Source: Candidatus Bathyarchaeia archaeon
GTDB taxonomy: Archaea > Thermoproteota > Bathyarchaeia > Bathyarchaeales > Bathycorpusculaceae
Length of the DNA: 64,000 nt
NCBI GenBank assembly: GCA_038883715.1
Contig: JAVZLS010000002.1
Span: 64,001-128,000, forward strand
Direction: 5' to 3'
Shown here: one piece after another, positions 58,500 through 64,000 of the stretch
Numbering within the stretch: the stretch's first letter is position 1
Layout of the letters: each line of letters starts with the position of its first letter
Position numbers and translations under genes: made by a program
The notes under the pieces: generated by a model
Databases searched by the model: none
Told to the model about the DNA's origin: nothing
What the model saw: only the letters and a program-made list of their open reading frames with translations

Positions 58500-61469
58500 T
58501 TGCATTCAAAGTTTAAGCGTTTGTTATTCCTAATATTTTTGCTAAGTTTTCTGACGCTTTCCGCAGTTTTTGTTTACCCCGTTGGTGCTACTCCCTGTGC
58601 CGTTCTCCATGTTTCTTTGCCTGAAGGCACTTATCGTGGTTATAATGTGGATCCTTGGCTTTGTGAGTGTTGGTTTTTGAATTTAACAGGGGCTTCTCAA
58701 ACTTTTCTTGTTCGCATTAATAATACTAGTGGTTCTTTGCGGTCCTATGATACTCGTTTGGTTATTGCGCTTAACGATGTTGGTTATAATAAGCTTGTTT
58801 CTTTGGTTGTTAATGGCACTAGTGTGCCAAAATCAGCCTTTAAGTGGGGTACGCCTAAACCCTATAAGATTTGGACTTGGCCTAGTGGTGATGTTTATCC
58901 AACCTATTTTAACGACACGGTTATTAATGTTGGTTTGATTCCTAAGAAAGGCTACAAAACTTTGGTTGTTTCTGTGGCTTTTTCTGATCCTACTGGTGTG
59001 AGGGTGCATTTTGACGCTTATGGAAAGTCGACTTCTGGAAGTGTATATTTAGATGGTCAAATTGTTCACAACCCGCTTTCAGCAGACTCCACAGTTTTCC
59101 TTCAAGTGGGACCTCCGCCTCCGCAGCCACCCTTCGCGGTATTCACGTATGCTCCAACTTATCCAGAGGTTAATGAGCCTGTTACCTTTGATGCTTCAGG
59201 AAGTTATGACCCAGACGGCTACATTGTAAGCTACACTTGGAATTTTGGCGATGGCAACATTTCAACGACATCAAATCCGGTAATAACCCATAAGTATGTA
59301 GCCTTTGGCGATTATCCTGTAACTTTGACAGTCACAGACAACAGTGGATTAACAGACCAGGAAACAGCGACAATTCATGTTAGCCAACATCCAGTGGCTG
59401 CTTTCACATTTTCGCCGCCAGACCCGCTGGTTCACGAACCTGTTACTTTTGATGCTTCTAGTTCTTCGCCCGATGGCGGAGTAATAGTTAACTATACTTG
59501 GGATTTTGGCGACGGTAACGTTACAACAACAGCCAATCCTGTTATAACTCATGCATATTCAACCTATGGGACCTTTACAGTCACTTTGAATGTTACCGAC
59601 AGTGAAGGGAAATGGGACACCGTATCTAAACAGATAACTATTGAGAAGGCTCCCATAGCAGATTTCTGGTGGGACCCCTTCTATCCGCAGAGGGGAGAAA
59701 CAGTAACTTTTGACGCTTCTGTCTCCACACCCGACGGTGGGACAATAGTAAGTTATGCTTGGGATTTTGGCGATGGCACACCCATAATTGAAACAGACCA
59801 GCCCGTAATAACCCATGTGTACGCGTCAGCTGGCGATTACCCAGTCACTTTAAATGTTACCGACAGCGAGGGCAGATGGGACACGGAAACAAAAATAATT
59901 ACGGTTGTCTTGCGCAGATACTACTTAACAGTTAAGACAGACCCCCTAGGCGTAACAACAATTCCTGGAGAAAACTGGTACAATGAAAGTACAGAAGTTA
60001 CATTATTCGCTCCAGACTATGTTTTAGTTTCGCCTGGGGTGCGCTACAAGTTTAGCTACTGGGATGTTGATGACGTATCCCAAGGAACTGGCGTAAACCC
60101 GATAACGTTTGTTATGGATGCTAACCATACAGCTACCGCCCACTACACCCTAGAATATTACTTGACAGTTACCTCCCCCTTCGGCACGGTGAGCGGTGAA
60201 GGCTGGTATCCAAGCGGAGCAACAGCCTACGCAACACTGATTACAGGCCTAATCGACCATGGAAACGGAACTCGCAGAGTTTTTGTAAGCTGGGGCGGCG
60301 ACGCCTCTGGAACAAACTATGCCCAAAGCAACCCAATAATAATGAACGCGCCAAAAACGGCTGTGGCAAACTGGAAGACCCAGTATGCTGTAACTTTTAC
60401 TCAGACGGGCTCCGGTGTGGCGCCAACAGTCGCCTACACGGCTGACACAGACCCGACAGAAACAGTGCCCTTCACAGTCTGGGTTTTAGCTGGCTCCCAA
60501 ATCACATACGCCTACCAAGACATTGTTCCAGGAGCTGCTCCAGGAATACGCTACATATTGTCAAGCGTTAATCCGCCATCGCCACAAATCGTTAATGCTC
60601 CCTTCACGGTGAGCGCCTCCTATCAAGTCCAATACTATCTAACTGTGCGCACCGACCCGCCCGGAATCGCAACAATCCCGGGAGAGGGCTGGTATAATTC
60701 CGGGCAAAGCGTTCAGCTCACCGCACCAGCTGTGGCGGGTTACACGTTCCAATACTGGGATGTTGACGGCGCATCGCAGGGAAGCGGCGTAAATCCAATA
60801 ACGGTGGTTATGAATGCTCCCCATACAGCTACTGCTCACTACACAGCGGTTGTGCCAACATACAAGCTGAAAATTGAGACAACGGTAGGGGGCACGACAA
60901 ATCCGGCGCCGGGCACATACACCTATGCAGCTGGTTCACTGGTCCAGGTTACTGCAATTCCAAGTAACGGCTATGTTTTTGACCATTGGGAGCTTAACGG
61001 CACGAATGTGGGCACAGCCACAACCTACACGGTCACAATGAACAACAACTATGTATTGAAAGCCTTCTTTAAGACGGCGCCAACGCCGCCAACAGTTTCG
61101 ATAAGCCCCATGACCGCCTCAATACTGGTTGGACAGCAGGTAACCTTCACATCAACCGTCAGCGGAGGAACACCGCCCTACACATATCAATGGTTTGTGA
61201 ACAATAACCCGGTTCCTGGAGCAACATCTAGTAGCTTCACGTTCACGCCAACAGCAACTGGCACATACTATGTGGTGCTGAAGGTTACGGATGCGGCAGG
61301 CAACACAGCCCAGTCAGACCCCGCCAAAGTAATAGTTTCATCCATCCCGGTTGGTGGATACTCGGTAGCCTTAACCAAAAATGCTCCTATAACGCCGACA
61401 ATTGTATACGCAATGCTGATGGCATTGTTCGGCGCGCTTTTAAGTCTAACAAAACGCAAGGGAAAATAA
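58500..61469 (+). CDS. Large surface protein: N-terminal unknown domain - 3 PKD - InlB B-repeat-like repeats - Ig - PVGG/TM anchor
   Basis: YTWNFGDG, YTWDFGDG, YAWDFGDG; YYLTVxTDP..GE.WY repeats; IPVGGYS + TM + KRKGK. Confidence 0.85.
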   Translation: MHSKFKRLLFLIFLLSFLTLSAVFVYPVGATPCAVLHVSLPEGTYRGYNVDPWLCECWFLNLTGASQTFLVRINNTSGSLRSYDTRLVIALNDVGYNKLVSLVVNGTSVPKSAFKWGTPKPYKIWTWPSGDVYPTYFNDTVINVGLIPKKGYKTLVVSVAFSDPTGVRVHFDAYGKSTSGSVYLDGQIVHNPLSADSTVFLQVGPPPPQPPFAVFTYAPTYPEVNEPVTFDASGSYDPDGYIVSYTWNFGDGNISTTSNPVITHKYVAFGDYPVTLTVTDNSGLTDQETATIHVSQHPVAAFTFSPPDPLVHEPVTFDASSSSPDGGVIVNYTWDFGDGNVTTTANPVITHAYSTYGTFTVTLNVTDSEGKWDTVSKQITIEKAPIADFWWDPFYPQRGETVTFDASVSTPDGGTIVSYAWDFGDGTPIIETDQPVITHVYASAGDYPVTLNVTDSEGRWDTETKIITVVLRRYYLTVKTDPLGVTTIPGENWYNESTEVTLFAPDYVLVSPGVRYKFSYWDVDDVSQGTGVNPITFVMDANHTATAHYTLEYYLTVTSPFGTVSGEGWYPSGATAYATLITGLIDHGNGTRRVFVSWGGDASGTNYAQSNPIIMNAPKTAVANWKTQYAVTFTQTGSGVAPTVAYTADTDPTETVPFTVWVLAGSQITYAYQDIVPGAAPGIRYILSSVNPPSPQIVNAPFTVSASYQVQYYLTVRTDPPGIATIPGEGWYNSGQSVQLTAPAVAGYTFQYWDVDGASQGSGVNPITVVMNAPHTATAHYTAVVPTYKLKIETTVGGTTNPAPGTYTYAAGSLVQVTAIPSNGYVFDHWELNGTNVGTATTYTVTMNNNYVLKAFFKTAPTPPTVSISPMTASILVGQQVTFTSTVSGGTPPYTYQWFVNNNPVPGATSSSFTFTPTATGTYYVVLKVTDAAGNTAQSDPAKVIVSSIPVGGYSVALTKNAPITPTIVYAMLMALFGALLSLTKRKGK

Positions 61470-61514
61470 CCCTCAACTTCTCATATTTCTATCTGTAAGA
61501 AACCCTGTTAGAGG

Positions 61515-62435
61515 TTGTCTCAACACATGCCAGAGAAAACTCGGAAAATTAAGAAAGTTCGGGAAAAAGAAGCAAAGAAACCTCTATTAAACAAGAAATT
61601 GCTGGTAATTTCAGTAACCATAGCGGCCGTAATAATTTTAGGCGCTGTGCTGTATCAACTTCTCTGGCGGACTCAAGAAGGCTATGTGGAACTTCCAATT
61701 AAAGCTGCAATAATAGATCAGCTAAGCAGTAGTCAACTATTTAATGTTTCACGATGGGTGAATGAAACTTTTGTTGAAAATGCGAAAATGCTACTACTTC
61801 AACGATTCCCAAGCGTTGACTATTACTCAGACAATGCCACCGTTGAGCAATATAGCAAACTGGCCTCCTTAAATTATAAAATGATAATTTGGAGGGTGCA
61901 TTCAGCATTAGATCCGCAAAAATATATTGCAATATGTTCTTCAGAGAGATATATTCCTGGAAAGTATGAGCAATACTCATTAGAGCAGCTTAAATTATGT
62001 AATATTACGGGTGACCCTTTATTTTATTATGCGATAACGCCAAAATTCATTGAGGAGTGTATGAGTGGAAAATTTAAAGACACCGTCATTATTTTAATGA
62101 GTTGTAATGGTCTCAATTCCGATTATAAACAAACAGCAGAGGCCTTAATAAGAAAAGGTGTTAAAGTTTTCATTAGCTGGAATGGGTGGATCGACAAAAC
62201 CGATAATGATAATGCAATCTCACGCCTGCTTGAGTATTTAATTAAAGAAAATTTTACAATATCTGAAGCTGTAAGCAGGATACCAATTTATGGAATGACT
62301 AAATTAGATTATTACCCACATACCTCTGAAGTTGCAGACTACCATATTCCGAACTACAAACAATCTAATGTTTCAGGTGATATGATATTTCCACCAGCAA
62401 TAATTTCAAGGAAGGTTGAAAGTTTAAAGCTTTAA
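61515..62435 (+). CDS. Membrane-anchored extracellular protein with possible caspase/CHAT/gingipain-like (clan CD) fold
   Basis: N-terminal TM; IIWRVHSA (His) and IILMSCNGL (Cys); AEALIRKGVKVFISW; TISEAV. Confidence 0.55.
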   Translation: MSQHMPEKTRKIKKVREKEAKKPLLNKKLLVISVTIAAVIILGAVLYQLLWRTQEGYVELPIKAAIIDQLSSSQLFNVSRWVNETFVENAKMLLLQRFPSVDYYSDNATVEQYSKLASLNYKMIIWRVHSALDPQKYIAICSSERYIPGKYEQYSLEQLKLCNITGDPLFYYAITPKFIEECMSGKFKDTVIILMSCNGLNSDYKQTAEALIRKGVKVFISWNGWIDKTDNDNAISRLLEYLIKENFTISEAVSRIPIYGMTKLDYYPHTSEVADYHIPNYKQSNVSGDMIFPPAIISRKVESLKL

Positions 62436-62447
62436 GTTTAGATTCGT

Positions 62448-62780
62448 CTAGCTGATATTACTCATCAAATTCTTTATTCTTCTAGAAATTATTTCGTGTA
62501 GTTGATTGCGCAGAACTTCTCCTGTTAAATTGCTTTTTTGAACTTTTCTGAATTCAGCAGCTAATTCTTCATCTTGCAAAACTTCGTTTATCCATTTTTC
62601 GAAGTCTCCGCGGTAGAGATGAAACTCTAAAGATTTTACATTAACTTCGTTTATTTTTTCCATAAACTCTTTAAGGGATGAGGCGCTTTCACCAGTGTAA
62701 TTTCCTATCGATGTGAAGAAGTAGAAGGCTTTCTCTCTTGGAACGGTTTTTAGGGCTTTTATTTCCGTTTCGTTTTTCAC
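62448..62780 (-). CDS. DUF5752 family protein
   Basis: KAFYFFTSIGNYTGESASSLKEF...SLEFHLYRGDFEKWINEVLQDEELA. Confidence 0.8.
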   Translation of the reverse strand: MKNETEIKALKTVPREKAFYFFTSIGNYTGESASSLKEFMEKINEVNVKSLEFHLYRGDFEKWINEVLQDEELAAEFRKVQKSNLTGEVLRNQLHEIISRRIKNLMSNIS

Positions 62781-62796
62781 TTTTGTTTCTTCCTTC

Positions 62797-63318
62797 TTAT
62801 TGCCTATTTTTGTTTTCAGTTGGTGTTAACTTTTTCGGGTCATTTACTATTAAAGGTTGGGTTTCCTTAAACTTTTTTGTAACTATTGATGTTCGGATTC
62901 GCAGAACTCCAGGTAGCGGCGCAACTGTGCTTGCGATGAACTCGTGGAGGCTTTCCTGGTTTTCGGCTATTACTTTTGCTATTATTTGAAGTTCCTCTGA
63001 TAGGGATGTGTAGACCTCTGTGACCTGTGGGACTGTGCAGAGTTTTTCTGCTACTTTCTCGCTTTCTTTTGGGTCTGTGATTATTGTCATTATGGCTGTT
63101 ATGTTTTTGGCTCCAGTCTTTTCGGAGTCTATAAGCGCCGTGTACTTTTTTATTACGCCGTGCTGCTCCATTCGCTTTATTCTGTCGTAGACTGTGGAGT
63201 GGGCTATTCCGAGGCGTTTGCCAATGGTTGTGTAGGTTTGCCTTGCATCTTCCTGTAGCATTTCCAATATTTTAATGTCTGTTGAGTCAAGGCTTAACAT
63301 GTTATTTTTGACGCGCAA
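62797..63318 (-). CDS. Lrp/AsnC family transcriptional regulator
   Basis: LDSTDIKILEMLQEDAR...STVYDRIKRMEQHGVIKKY + RAM domain; likely start ATG 63300. Confidence 0.93.
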   Translation of the reverse strand: MRVKNNMLSLDSTDIKILEMLQEDARQTYTTIGKRLGIAHSTVYDRIKRMEQHGVIKKYTALIDSEKTGAKNITAIMTIITDPKESEKVAEKLCTVPQVTEVYTSLSEELQIIAKVIAENQESLHEFIASTVAPLPGVLRIRTSIVTKKFKETQPLIVNDPKKLTPTENKNRQ

Positions 63319-63376
63319 ACCTCAGCCCTGCTGAGCGTTCCTATCTGAAATACGGCTAGAAATATATTGTTTGTTG

Positions 63377-63530
63377 TCGGAAAAGTGTAGAAAATTTCCA
63401 CCTACAATCGGAAAATGTTCGATTAAATATCACCGGAGAATGCAACGGAACGCTCTGGTAATCCACTAATGTGTCCTTATTCCATAAAATAGCCTCGCAG
63501 TAATCCTTTCATTTTTCGGAAAATTGTCTA
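63377..63530. promoter_or_regulatory. Repeated TCGGAAAA sites upstream of the Lrp/AsnC gene (candidate operators)
   Basis: TCGGAAAAGTGTAGA (63377), TCGGAAAATGTTCGA (63408), TCGGAAAATTGTCTA (63516). Confidence 0.5.
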
Positions 63531-63668
63531 AAAAACAATTTTTAGCCTACAACTTTTCAATTTTGAATTTTTAAACCTACATTTTTGCAGATAAACTGGC
63601 AAATAAGTTTAAATCTGTGGGATAGAATATTCTTCTAGAAGATTCTAACAAGAGGTTAGTGTCGGAAG

Positions 63669-64000
63669 ATGAAAACATCAAGGATTTGGGAAATTCTGAA
63701 AAAGTTTAAGGAGACTTGTAGGTTCCGAGGTTGGAGAACTTCTGAAAGCGAGGATTGGGTTGAGGTTGACCGCAAATATCATAATTTCCTCTTAACTCGA
63801 AATATTCACCCGTCATCCTTCCGTAATATCGCCCAAAACAGAAAGTGTGTTGTTCGTGAAGGCTTATCCTACCGTGTTGTTGAAGCCTCCTATATGGCTT
63901 GGGTTTTTTCCGAAACCCCACCTGAAAGCCTCCTAAACCTTTTCCTTGAGAATCCAAGTTTTTCAAAGAGAGTTGCCCTTTACGATTTGAGCCCCCTCAC
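63669..64000 (+). CDS. Hypothetical protein (5' part; runs off window end)
   Basis: Not in ORF track. Open from ATG 63669: MKTSRIWEILKKFKETCRFRGWRTSESEDWVEVDRKYHNFLL...VALYDLSPL; TTTAAA at ~63608. Confidence 0.7.
   Translation, partial: MKTSRIWEILKKFKETCRFRGWRTSESEDWVEVDRKYHNFLLTRNIHPSSFRNIAQNRKCVVREGLSYRVVEASYMAWVFSETPPESLLNLFLENPSFSKRVALYDLSPL

Noticed and set aside
63706-63966. 86-aa minus-strand ORF from the track
   Set aside because: Shadow of a more protein-like plus-strand ORF starting at 63669 that runs off the window.
1-64000. CRISPR array, tRNA/rRNA genes, IS elements, integrase
   Set aside because: No regularly spaced repeats, cloverleaf-like sequence or transposase/integrase motifs seen. 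Intergenic gaps are short and AT-rich. A tRNAscan/Infernal run would be needed to fully exclude small RNAs.

Overview
Archaeal chromosomal window, most likely Bathyarchaeia or a related TACK lineage. This is an inference from egsA, proteasome beta, aCPSF1, Lsm-rpl37e, SepF, Mre11/Rad50, ATP-dependent ligase, an eL22-like protein and the style of the surface proteins. Bases ~1-33.7 kb are mostly housekeeping, repair and transport genes plus one HEPN-MNT pair. Bases ~33.8-62.4 kb are a secreted/surface-protein island wrapped around an oligopeptide (Opp/Dpp) ABC transporter. By motif reading it encodes about 9 cohesin-like modules in 5 proteins and 5 dockerin-like modules in 5 proteins. These include two membrane-anchored cohesin proteins, a 3-cohesin+dockerin adaptor, a cohesin+dockerin M14 carboxypeptidase, a dockerin-only microprotein, and a circularly permuted peptide-binding protein with a dockerin and no membrane anchor. 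No glycoside hydrolase is recognisable, so the best hypothesis is a cellulosome-like cell-surface complex for protein/peptide scavenging coupled to uptake. No rRNA, tRNA, CRISPR array, transposase or integrase was seen. All domain calls come from visual motif recognition, not database searches.
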